Positions 7,507 to 15,006 of a stretch of DNA of 34,417 nt are shown here, one piece after another; the stretch's first letter is position 1; every line of letters starts with the position of its first letter. The position numbers were made by a program, and so were the translations under genes. The notes beneath the pieces were generated by a model. That model was not told the DNA's origin. It saw only the letters and a program-made list of their open reading frames with translations, and ran no database searches. The stretch comes from Opitutales bacterium (GTDB lineage: Bacteria; Verrucomicrobiota; Verrucomicrobiia; Opitutales; T3Sed10-336), in assembly GCA_007132315.1 (NCBI GenBank), contig SLOW01000298.1, positions 1-34,417 on the forward strand, in the 5' to 3' direction.

Positions 7507-10485
7507 TCAGTCCGCCGGTGGATTGCGTAGCGCGGCGCGCAGGATCTCGACTGGGTGAAGAGCGCGGCGGCCGGTGGCGTCCTGAATCTGATGGCGGCAA
7601 CTGGTGCCGGGGGCGGCTATCAGGTGATCGTCGAGAGCTTCGCGCACGCGGGGGAACAGGACCAGTTCGCCGATCCGCTGGGAGAGGCTGTAGTGCTCTT
7701 TTTCGTATCCGAACGATCCCGCCATGCCGCAGCAGCCCGAGGGGATCAGGCGCACTCGGTTGCCGCGGGGCAGTTCCAGCATGCGGACGGTCGGCGTCTG
7801 GGAGGCGAGCGCTTTCTGGTGGCAGTGGCCGTGCAGGTGGATCACGCGGTCTACAGAATCGAAGGCGTCGGAGGAGATGTGGCCGGCGTCGATTTCGCGG
7901 GCGATGAATTCGTCGATCAGCAGAGCGTGTCGGGCCAGTTCGTTCGCCTGTTCCTTGTCGGGTCCGCGGAGCAGGTCCGGGTATTCGTCGCGAAAGGACA
8001 ACAGGGCTGAAGGTTCGAGCCCGACGAGGGGCGCCTCGGCCGAAACGTGCGGAGCGAGCGCCTTGACGTTGTCGCGGGCGATTCGCCGGGCGCGGCGGAG
8101 GAGTCCTTTGGATAGCGCCGCCCGGCCGCTTTCCCTGTGATCGGGAATGCGGACGTCGTAGCCGAGTGCTTCGAGCAATTCGACGGCCGCGCGTCCGGCG
8201 GTGCCATCCTGAAAATCGGTGAACTCGTCGCAAAAGAACCAGACTTTGCGCGCGGACTTTCGACCGGCCGGCTCCCGGCGCTTCGCGTGCCACGCCCGCA
8301 GCGTCGTCGGGGCGAGCAGGGGGATGGTACGGTCCGGATGAAAACCGCTCGCCCGGTTGGCCAGGCGGCGGAGGAACGGCGTGCCGAAGATCGTGTTCCA
8401 GAGCCAAGGCGCCTTGGAAGCAAACCGGGCGAGTTGCGGAAAGCCGGCGATCAGCCGGGTTCGAAGCGACGTTCCGTTGGCATCGTAATAGTGCTGGAGA
8501 AATTCGGCTTTCAGTTTGGCGACGTCCACGTTGGAGGGGCATTCCGCCTTGCACCCTTTGCAGGAGAGGCAGAGGTCCATAACTTCGTGAATTTCGTCGC
8601 TGGCGAACGGTTTCGCGGGATCCGGCGGATTGGTGAGGATGTGGCGAAGGATGTTGGCGCGGGCGCGGGTACTGTCTTTTTCGTCGCGCGTCGCCATATA
8701 GCTCGGACACATGGTGCCGCCGGTGAGGTGGGTTTTTCTGCAATCGCCCGACCCGTTGCATTTTTCGGCCGCGCGCAGGACTCCCATGACCGGGGAGAAA
8801 TCGAACACCGTTTCATAGTCCGGTGTGGGGTGTCCGGGTCCGTACCGGTGGTGCGCGTCCATGGGCGGGGTGTCGATGATTTTGCCCGGGTTGAACAGAT
8901 TGTCGGGGTCGAACAGGTTTTTAACCCGGCGCATTAATTCGTAGCAGCGGTCGCCGGTCATGAAAGGGATGAATTCTCCGCGGAGTCGTCCGTCGCCGTG
9001 TTCGCCGCTGAGGGAGCCGCGGTATTTTTTGACCAGGGCCGCGACGTCCTCGGCGATCGAGCGGAACATGCGGTGACCTTCCTCGGTTTTCAGGTTGATC
9101 AGGGGCCTGGTGTGCAATTCGCCGCTTCCGGCGTGGGCGTAATAGACGCATCCGATGCCGTACTTGTCGCGCATGATCGTATCGAATTCCCCGATATAGT
9201 CGGGCAGGTCGGCGACATCGACCGCGGTGTCCTCCACCACCTCGGCGGGCCGGGTGTCGCCCACCACATTGGTCATCACCCCTTGACCCGCCCGGCGCAA
9301 GTCCCAGACCCGGTTGCCTTCCGAACCCCGCAACACGGGAAACGCGTAGCCGAGGCCGGTGGCTTTCAAATCGGTTTCGAGCGATTCCATTTCGGCCTGG
9401 ATCGCATCGGGTTCGGGGCGTCGGATCTCGATCACCAGGATCGCGGCCGGATCGCCTTCGACGAAGAACCGGTTCCTGCGCTGCTCGATGTTCTGGCGGG
9501 TGCAGTCGAGGATGTGTTTGTCGATGAGTTCGCAGGCCGAGGGCCGATGCCGCAAGGCGACCAGAGTGGCCTTCAGAGCGTCGTCGAGAGATCCGAAATG
9601 GGCGCACATCAGCGCGCCTTCGGAGGGCAGTGGTTCGCAGTTGAGTTCGTATTCGAGCCCGAAAAACAGCGTTCCCTCCGAGCCCGCCAGGAGCTTGCAG
9701 AGGTTGAACGGTTTGTCCGAATCCGGATCGAAAACATCGGCGTTCATCAGGAGATCGAGGGCGTAACCCGTGTTGCGGCGTTCGATGGACGGTTTGGGAT
9801 ACCCCTCGGCGATGGCGCGGCGGTTCTCCGGATCGGAGAGCAGGTCGCGCAAGCCGCGGTGGATTCGGGTTTCCAAGGTGTCGGGTCCGTCGCATTTGGC
9901 GGCGAACTCGGCCGCGGTCAGGGGACCGAAGGTGGCCTCGCTCCCGTCGCTCAGCAAGCCCCGGACCGACACCAGGTGATCGCGGGTGCTGCCGTAGATG
10001 ATGGAATTCGAGCCGCAGGAGTTGTTGCCGGCCATCCCGCCGATCATGGCCCGGTTGGCGGTGGAGGTTTCAGGGCCGAACAGGAGGGCGTGCGGAGCGA
10101 GCGCCTGGTTGAGTTCGTTGCGAATGACACCGGGCTGAACCCGCACCCGCCGGCGTTCCGGGTCGATCGCCAGGATGCGATTGAGGTGACGTCCGACATC
10201 GACCGCGATCCCGTTCCCGACCACCTGACCGGCCAGGGAGGTGCCGGCGGTGCGCGGAATAAGCCCGATACCGTGGCGGCCGGCGAAACGAATCAGACGG
10301 GCCACGTCCGCTTCCGACCGCGGCAGGGCGACTGCGCTGGGCAATTCCTGATACTCCGAGGCGTCGGTGCTGTAAAGCTTCCGGAGGACCGAACCGGTGT
10401 GCACGTTGCCCTCGAAACCGTCGGTCAACTCGGCGAAAGGAATGGATTTCTCCGTGGTGTTCATCCCCGGCGAGTCTAACCGCAT
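7507..10485 (-). CDS. FAD-binding and (Fe-S)-binding oxidoreductase (YdiJ / D-2-hydroxyacid dehydrogenase-like fusion)
   Basis: 992 aa. N-terminal FAD-linked oxidase (GlcD-like) domain, central 4Fe-4S Cys motifs (CNGSGDCRK; CLSCKGCKAECP) and a C-terminal CCG-type Cys-rich domain (PSGCCGMAGSFGYE). An alternative ATG lies at 10464. Confidence 0.9.
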   Translation of the reverse strand: MRLDSPGMNTTEKSIPFAELTDGFEGNVHTGSVLRKLYSTDASEYQELPSAVALPRSEADVARLIRFAGRHGIGLIPRTAGTSLAGQVVGNGIAVDVGRHLNRILAIDPERRRVRVQPGVIRNELNQALAPHALLFGPETSTANRAMIGGMAGNNSCGSNSIIYGSTRDHLVSVRGLLSDGSEATFGPLTAAEFAAKCDGPDTLETRIHRGLRDLLSDPENRRAIAEGYPKPSIERRNTGYALDLLMNADVFDPDSDKPFNLCKLLAGSEGTLFFGLEYELNCEPLPSEGALMCAHFGSLDDALKATLVALRHRPSACELIDKHILDCTRQNIEQRRNRFFVEGDPAAILVIEIRRPEPDAIQAEMESLETDLKATGLGYAFPVLRGSEGNRVWDLRRAGQGVMTNVVGDTRPAEVVEDTAVDVADLPDYIGEFDTIMRDKYGIGCVYYAHAGSGELHTRPLINLKTEEGHRMFRSIAEDVAALVKKYRGSLSGEHGDGRLRGEFIPFMTGDRCYELMRRVKNLFDPDNLFNPGKIIDTPPMDAHHRYGPGHPTPDYETVFDFSPVMGVLRAAEKCNGSGDCRKTHLTGGTMCPSYMATRDEKDSTRARANILRHILTNPPDPAKPFASDEIHEVMDLCLSCKGCKAECPSNVDVAKLKAEFLQHYYDANGTSLRTRLIAGFPQLARFASKAPWLWNTIFGTPFLRRLANRASGFHPDRTIPLLAPTTLRAWHAKRREPAGRKSARKVWFFCDEFTDFQDGTAGRAAVELLEALGYDVRIPDHRESGRAALSKGLLRRARRIARDNVKALAPHVSAEAPLVGLEPSALLSFRDEYPDLLRGPDKEQANELARHALLIDEFIAREIDAGHISSDAFDSVDRVIHLHGHCHQKALASQTPTVRMLELPRGNRVRLIPSGCCGMAGSFGYEKEHYSLSQRIGELVLFPRVREALDDHLIAAPGTSCRHQIQDATGRRALHPVEILRAALRNPPAD

Positions 10486-10542
10486 GCCGCCGGGGAATGA
10501 AACACCGAACCGGAATAATTCACCGGAATGATCCCGGCTGAA

Positions 10543-11922
10543 TTACCCGTGGCCGATGCCGGAGGCTTCGAAGCCGATCTTCCGGAGGTCATCCAGATCG
10601 AGAATGTTGCGTCCGTCGAAGAGGAACGCCGGCTTCGGCATGTCGCGATAGATCCGTTCGTAGTCGAGTTCCTTGAAGGCGTCCCATTCGGTCAGCACCA
10701 GGATGGCGTGAGCGTCTTTCGCCGCGGCGTAGGGGTCCGACACAATTTCGATGCGCTTGCCGTCGGGCCCGTCGCCCTGTTCCTCGTCCGGATGCCCGAG
10801 GGTGTGCCGGATATCGTCGGCGGCGACCTTGGGATCGTAAATCGACAGGACGGCTCGCTCTTCGAGAAGATCGCGGCAAATGTAGATCGCGGCCGACTCG
10901 CGGGTGTCGTTGGTATCCTTCTTGAACGCGTAACCGAAGATGGCGATTTTCTTGCCCGACACCGTGTTGAAGAGTTTCTTCACCACGTTCTCGGCGAAAC
11001 GTTTCTTCTGGTAGTCGTTCATGCTCACCACCTGCTCCCAGTAGTCGGCGACCTCCGGCAGGCCGAAGTGACGGCACAGGTAAACCAGGTTGAGGATGTC
11101 CTTCTGGAAGCAGGATCCGCCGAAGCCGACCGAGGCCTTAAGGAATTTCGGTCCGATCCGCTGGTCGCGGCCGATGGACGAGGCGACCTCGTCCACGTTT
11201 GCGCCGGTGGCTTCGCACAGTGCGGAAATGGCGTTGATGGAGGAAATGCGCTGGGCCAGAAAGGCGTTGGCGGTGAGCTTGGACAGCTCCGAGGACCAAA
11301 GGTTGGTGGTGATGATACTCTCGCGGGGCACCCAGTTGGCATAGACCTCGACCAGCTTGTTGACCGCCGCGCGGCCCTCGTCGGTTTCCTCGCCGCCGAT
11401 GAGAACGCGGTCCGGATCGTTCAGATCCTCGATCGCCGTGCCTTCCGCCAGAAATTCGGGATTGGACAGAACCTGAAAGTGGTGGCCGTTCGGATTCACA
11501 CCAAGTATCCGTTTAATGGATTCGGCGGTGCGGACGGGCAGGGTGGACTTCTCGACCACAATCTTCGGACCGTCGGTCACCTGGGCGATACGCCGCGCGC
11601 ACATCTCGACATAACGCAGGTCCGCGGCCTGGCCGGCGCCGATGCCGTAGGTTTTGGTGGGCGTATTGACGCTTACGAAGATCATGTCCGCCTCGCGGAT
11701 CCCCCGGTCCACATCCGTCGAGAAAAACAGGTTTCGTCCCCGGGCCTCGCGGACGACATCGTCGAGTCCGGGCTCATAAATCGGAAGAGCGTCCGAATTC
11801 CACGCGGCGATACGCTCCTCGTTGATATCGACGACGGTCACCTCAATGTCCGGGGACTTCTGGGCAATGACCGCCATGGTGGGGCCGCCGACGTAACCGG
11901 CTCCTATACAGCAGATTTTCAT
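10543..11922 (-). CDS. ugd: UDP-glucose 6-dehydrogenase (eukaryote-like type)
   Basis: [20 protein letters not shown] Rossmann start and catalytic [10 protein letters not shown] motif. Full-length collinearity with UGDH-type enzymes. Confidence 0.95.
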   Translation of the reverse strand: MKICCIGAGYVGGPTMAVIAQKSPDIEVTVVDINEERIAAWNSDALPIYEPGLDDVVREARGRNLFFSTDVDRGIREADMIFVSVNTPTKTYGIGAGQAADLRYVEMCARRIAQVTDGPKIVVEKSTLPVRTAESIKRILGVNPNGHHFQVLSNPEFLAEGTAIEDLNDPDRVLIGGEETDEGRAAVNKLVEVYANWVPRESIITTNLWSSELSKLTANAFLAQRISSINAISALCEATGANVDEVASSIGRDQRIGPKFLKASVGFGGSCFQKDILNLVYLCRHFGLPEVADYWEQVVSMNDYQKKRFAENVVKKLFNTVSGKKIAIFGYAFKKDTNDTRESAAIYICRDLLEERAVLSIYDPKVAADDIRHTLGHPDEEQGDGPDGKRIEIVSDPYAAAKDAHAILVLTEWDAFKELDYERIYRDMPKPAFLFDGRNILDLDDLRKIGFEASGIGHG

Positions 11923-12121
11923 ACGATGTTCGACTCTGTCAGAGTCCGCCGTGAGGGAAAGCAAAAAACCCCCGGCCTCTACGTCGAATAACCGGCGGCC
12001 ATTCCGGTCCGAACAATTCAGCCGAGCATGTGATCATGGTTGGAAGCAGGAAAACGCCCCGGATGGCGCGGGATTCCAGAATCGTGTCCAGGCGCGAGCG
12101 ACAGCTTCAAAAACGATTGGT

Positions 12122-12171
12122 GGCTATTCCCCGGGGCGATCCCCCGTCTCGGGGAATAGCCCCCGGTTTTT
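12122..12171. terminator. Orphan terminator-like hairpin in a divergent intergenic region
   Basis: Perfect 12-bp arms ggctattccccg / cggggaatagcc with a 16-nt loop. T5 follows on the plus strand (12167-12171). A T5 run also follows on the minus strand a few nt after the stem. Confidence 0.4.
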
Positions 12172-12250
12172 GGTGCGGAGAGTTTGGGGAGCGGGATGCG
12201 GTCTGATCTGAAATCATTGCGGAATAATCAGATACACGGATGTTCCAGCT

Positions 12251-12265
12251 TGGCACAAGTCCTGC
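12251..12265 (+). promoter_or_regulatory. Sigma-54-like -24/-12 element
   Basis: TGGCAC-aagtc-CTGC compared with the consensus TGGCAC-N5-TTGC. It lies 73 nt upstream of the ATG at 12338, which has an AGGAGG Shine-Dalgarno. Confidence 0.2.
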
Positions 12266-12337
12266 CAAGGAGCTGGCTGTCGCCCGGCAACAATTGGTCG
12301 TGCCGGACGTTTCCCCATCCCACAGGAGGAGTTCGCC

Positions 12338-13009
12338 ATGCTGTTCGCCCGACATCTCTGCGCACGCGTCATTGCCTTAAAGGCTCGCCACCACCACCAT
12401 CGTCACTCTATCCTTCAGCCTGGATTTATTTTCCGGGAATCGCGGATCCAGGGTGGTCGCGATCGCTTGCCATGTTTCACCGAAACGAAGCGGCCCGGGA
12501 ATCCCGAACGACTGGATGGAGTCCTGATTCGAAACGGTATGCACGGAGATTTTCTCGAACAGATTGTGGCGGTGACCTCGGAACGGTCCGAACGGCCTTC
12601 CTGGGACGAGTATTTTATGGCGACGGCGTTCCTGATCGCCACGCGGTCCGCTTGCGGGCGCCTGCATGTCGGCTGCCTCCTGGTCTCCTCCGGAGTCCAC
12701 AAGAACCGGATCATCGCCGCGGGTTACAACGGTTTCCTGCCCGGCACCCCGCACAGTTCGCGGGTGCGCGACGGACACGAACAGGGAACCGTTCACGCCG
12801 AGCAGAACGCCATTGTCGATGCCGCCCGCCGCGGAAGCAGCGTTGAGGGATGCGTCGCCTACATCACCCACTACCCGTGCGTCAACTGCGCCAAGATGCT
12901 CGCCGGCGCCGGCATTTCCGCCATCAAGTACCGCCTCGATTACAACAATGACCCGTTGACCGAGGAAATTCTGGGCGAGGCCGGCGTGACCATCCATCAC
13001 CTGGTTTGA
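12338..13009 (+). CDS. dCMP deaminase (ComEB/cytidine-deoxycytidylate deaminase family)
   Basis: PSWDEYFMATAFLIATRS..., zinc motifs HAEQNA and PCVNCAKML. The ATG at 12338 has a strong AGGAGG RBS but adds about 67 non-conserved residues. The conserved core could instead start at the ATG at 12539. Confidence 0.85.
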   Translation: MLFARHLCARVIALKARHHHHRHSILQPGFIFRESRIQGGRDRLPCFTETKRPGNPERLDGVLIRNGMHGDFLEQIVAVTSERSERPSWDEYFMATAFLIATRSACGRLHVGCLLVSSGVHKNRIIAAGYNGFLPGTPHSSRVRDGHEQGTVHAEQNAIVDAARRGSSVEGCVAYITHYPCVNCAKMLAGAGISAIKYRLDYNNDPLTEEILGEAGVTIHHLV

Positions 13010-13031
13010 GGACCGGGTTTCTTTCCGGTTT

Positions 13032-13910
13032 TCATTCCCGCGTCACGTTGACCTCGACCGACATTCCCAGGAAGTCTTTGGCGGAGCCGGTGTACACGCC
13101 CCGTACCGGAACGGCCTGCGACGGGTCGCGGACCACCGCCACCCGGATGAGGTTGGCGCCGCCGATCAGGCCGTTGGTGGGATCGAATTCGACCCAGCCC
13201 ACGCCGGGCAGGCAAATCTGAACCCAGGCGTGCGTGGATCCCCCGCCCACGGTGGCCGGCTCATCGCTGTCGAGGGACGGATCGTAGAGGTACCCGGTGA
13301 CGAAACGGGCGGCGAGCCCCAGGCTGCGCACGGCTTCCATGAGGAACAGCGCGTAATCGCGACAGGAGCCGGAGCCGTTGCGGAGCGTATCGAGTGGGTC
13401 CTGAACGCCCTGGTCGTAGCGCTCCACGTACAGGAAGTCGTTCTTGATCGCGGCATTCATGGAGGCGAGCAGTGTGTGGGTGTCCGTTTTTCCCGAAGGG
13501 TCGAGAAACCGGCGCGCCCAATTCGAAATCTGTCTTCCCGGGTCGGGGTATCGCCGCTCAATGCTGCGCATCAAATCCGGGAGCTCATCATTGTCATATA
13601 TAAACGGATACGTTTGCGCGTAGGGTTCCAGTTCGTATCCGGATATCACTTTTCCGTAATGTTCAATCCGGAACGAACTGTCGAAGCGGAGCTCCGAAGT
13701 CGATTCCGCGAAGCGCGCCACGGTGATCGAGTTGTTGAACGGGTCGTGGTAGTAGTGAATCTCGGCGGTGGGAGAAATCGAGATGGACGTATCGATCAGG
13801 CTGATGTCGTGACTGTCCCGCGGGCGAAACATCAACCGGTGCTCGCCGGGGAACACGGGGCGGGAATAGCGCTACACCGTGATGTGTCGAAGGGTGAGAA
13901 TTCTGTTCAT
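13032..13910 (-). pseudogene. Transglutaminase-like protein with an in-frame TAG at codon 13
   Basis: Core motifs GSGSCRDYALFLMEAVRSLGLAARFVTGYLY and STHAWVQICLPGVGWVEFDPTNG. The ATG at 13910 gives MNRILTLRHITV*RYSRPVFPGEHRLMFRPR, with TAG at 13872-13874. An ORF caller would restart at the GTG at 13856. Confidence 0.8.
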
Positions 13911-13941
13911 GCAAGCCTTTGAAGAGGGCGGGGAGGTCGGA

Positions 13942-14202
13942 TCAATCCGATTGTCTCCGAGTTGTCTGGGCGGGGGGCGGTTCGGCCACCCGGAGGTGCT
14001 CGCGGGAGCGGTGTTCCGTGATCTGGAACACGGTGCCCCGTTCGACGGCCCGGGTGAGGATCATGCGCAGATAGGCGCTGAGAGTCATCCCGGATGCCTG
14101 TGCCAGCGCGACCAGATCGTTCCGCAACTGTTCGGGCATGTTCAGGCTGATGTTTCGGGTGCCTTTGCCGATCGGCCGGGTCCTGGTCTTCTTTTTTGTC
14201 AT
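13942..14202 (-). CDS. Ribbon-helix-helix (CopG/Arc-like) DNA-binding protein
   Basis: 86 aa with a basic N-terminus. RNISLNMPEQLRNDLVALAQASGMTLSAYLRMILTRAV fits the beta-strand/helix/helix RHH pattern. Confidence 0.7.
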   Translation of the reverse strand: MTKKKTRTRPIGKGTRNISLNMPEQLRNDLVALAQASGMTLSAYLRMILTRAVERGTVFQITEHRSREHLRVAEPPPAQTTRRQSD

Positions 14203-14277
14203 CCACCGCCACTTAACGGGGTTTTCGAAAAAAGATCAAGGTTCTCGCTTGACGTCTTATTAAGAAATAGTAAGAAA
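14203..14277. promoter_or_regulatory. AT-rich divergent control region between the two RHH genes
   Basis: Locally much lower GC than its surroundings. Contains TTGACG (14249-14254) and the 11-nt palindrome tcttaTtaaga (14255-14265). On the minus strand, TTGATC-N17-TTAAGT lies just upstream of the ATG at 14202. Confidence 0.3.
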
Positions 14278-14523
14278 ATGAGTTATCCCATGATTCGCAA
14301 AACCGTCAGCGTGACCCTGCCCGAAGAAGTGGACCGGTTTTTCAGAGAAGCTGCCGCCCGCCAACGCACTTCCAAGAGCGCCTTGATTCGCCGGACCTTG
14401 GCGGGCCACATAGCGCGCAACAGGCAAGAACTCCCAACGGGCCGGAAGCAGCGCCGGGTGCGAGGCGAAGGGGAAGGTCAGGATGAGAGTTATGATGGAC
14501 AGGAGGAACGGGACGATGCATGA
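14278..14523 (+). CDS. Ribbon-helix-helix (CopG family) protein, antitoxin-like
   Basis: MSYPMIRKTVSVTLPEEVDRFFREAAARQRTSKSALIRRTLAGHIARN is a classic RHH_1 pattern. A charged, disordered tail follows. Confidence 0.75.
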   Translation: MSYPMIRKTVSVTLPEEVDRFFREAAARQRTSKSALIRRTLAGHIARNRQELPTGRKQRRVRGEGEGQDESYDGQEERDDA

Positions 14524-14896
14524 AGGATGCGTGTTACTGCCAACAACGAATCCCTCCATGCGGGAATTAAGGAATGCCTTGGCCCGCGTACTGCCGGAAG
14601 GGGTTGCCCTGGACTTTCGCGGCGGTATGTGGCGGATTACCGACGGCCAGAGACATCTGACTCCGCGGTCCGCCTTGTGGCGGGCCGTGTACGACGGTTT
14701 GCGGGAGCTCCTATGGCTGGACGAAATGGGCCCGGACCCCGGAGCCCTGAACTGGAGCTCCAAAGCCGAAGCCCGGCGCCTGATCGAAACGATGCGCCGC
14801 GTGGAAATCGAGTGCTTCCAATACGGCGTGACAATCGAAACCCTGTACGCCGCGGCGTCGGTGCAAGCCAGGAAGATCGTCCGTTTGCTCGATTGA
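14516..14896 (+). CDS. Hypothetical protein (no recognisable family), translationally coupled to the RHH gene
   Basis: 126 codons from the ATG at 14516. It overlaps the RHH stop by 8 nt (ATGCATGA). An alternative upstream start lies at 14483. The composition is protein-like, but I recognise no motifs. Confidence 0.5.
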   Translation: MHEGCVLLPTTNPSMRELRNALARVLPEGVALDFRGGMWRITDGQRHLTPRSALWRAVYDGLRELLWLDEMGPDPGALNWSSKAEARRLIETMRRVEIECFQYGVTIETLYAAASVQARKIVRLLD

Positions 14897-15006
14897 GTAT
14901 TCGGCGGCGCCGTGTCGGGGACGCGATAGTCGGGTCCGGTGACACAGCCGGCCAGGATGGCCGCGCCAGCGACGGCCGGAATCATTGTGAGTCTTGTGGT
15001 TTCCAT
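14897..15006 (-). pseudogene. 5' remnant of an RND outer-membrane-factor (NodT/OprM-type) lipoprotein gene
   Basis: [35 protein letters not shown] has the lipobox plus the GPDY motif typical of OMF N-termini. The start is coupled to the RND stop (TGATG). Similarity ends about 36 codons in, exactly where the plus-strand orphan ORF ends. Confidence 0.7.

Noticed and set aside
8998-10479. Long antisense ORFs opposite well-supported genes: 8998-10479(+), 10528-11991(+), 25932-27017(-), 7433-8761(-), 3442-4401(+), 15471-16490(+)
   Set aside because: They overlap genes with strong family signatures on the other strand. Their translations are Arg/Gly/Pro/Ala-rich with no motifs. This is typical shadow-ORF behaviour in GC-rich DNA.
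13872-13874. In-frame TAG as evidence of stop-codon reassignment or pyrrolysine
   Set aside because: TAG is used as a normal terminator by recQ (2893-2895). No pyl-type genes are visible in the window. A single TAY-to-TAG change is the simpler explanation.
14886-14900. cgattgagtat at the right junction of the RHH cassette resembles the 3' box of the repeat (cgattgagtgt)
   Set aside because: Only 10 of 11 nt match, the site lies in coding sequence, and there is no flanking similarity. It is too short to separate from chance, but is recorded in case the box proves to be a recombination core.
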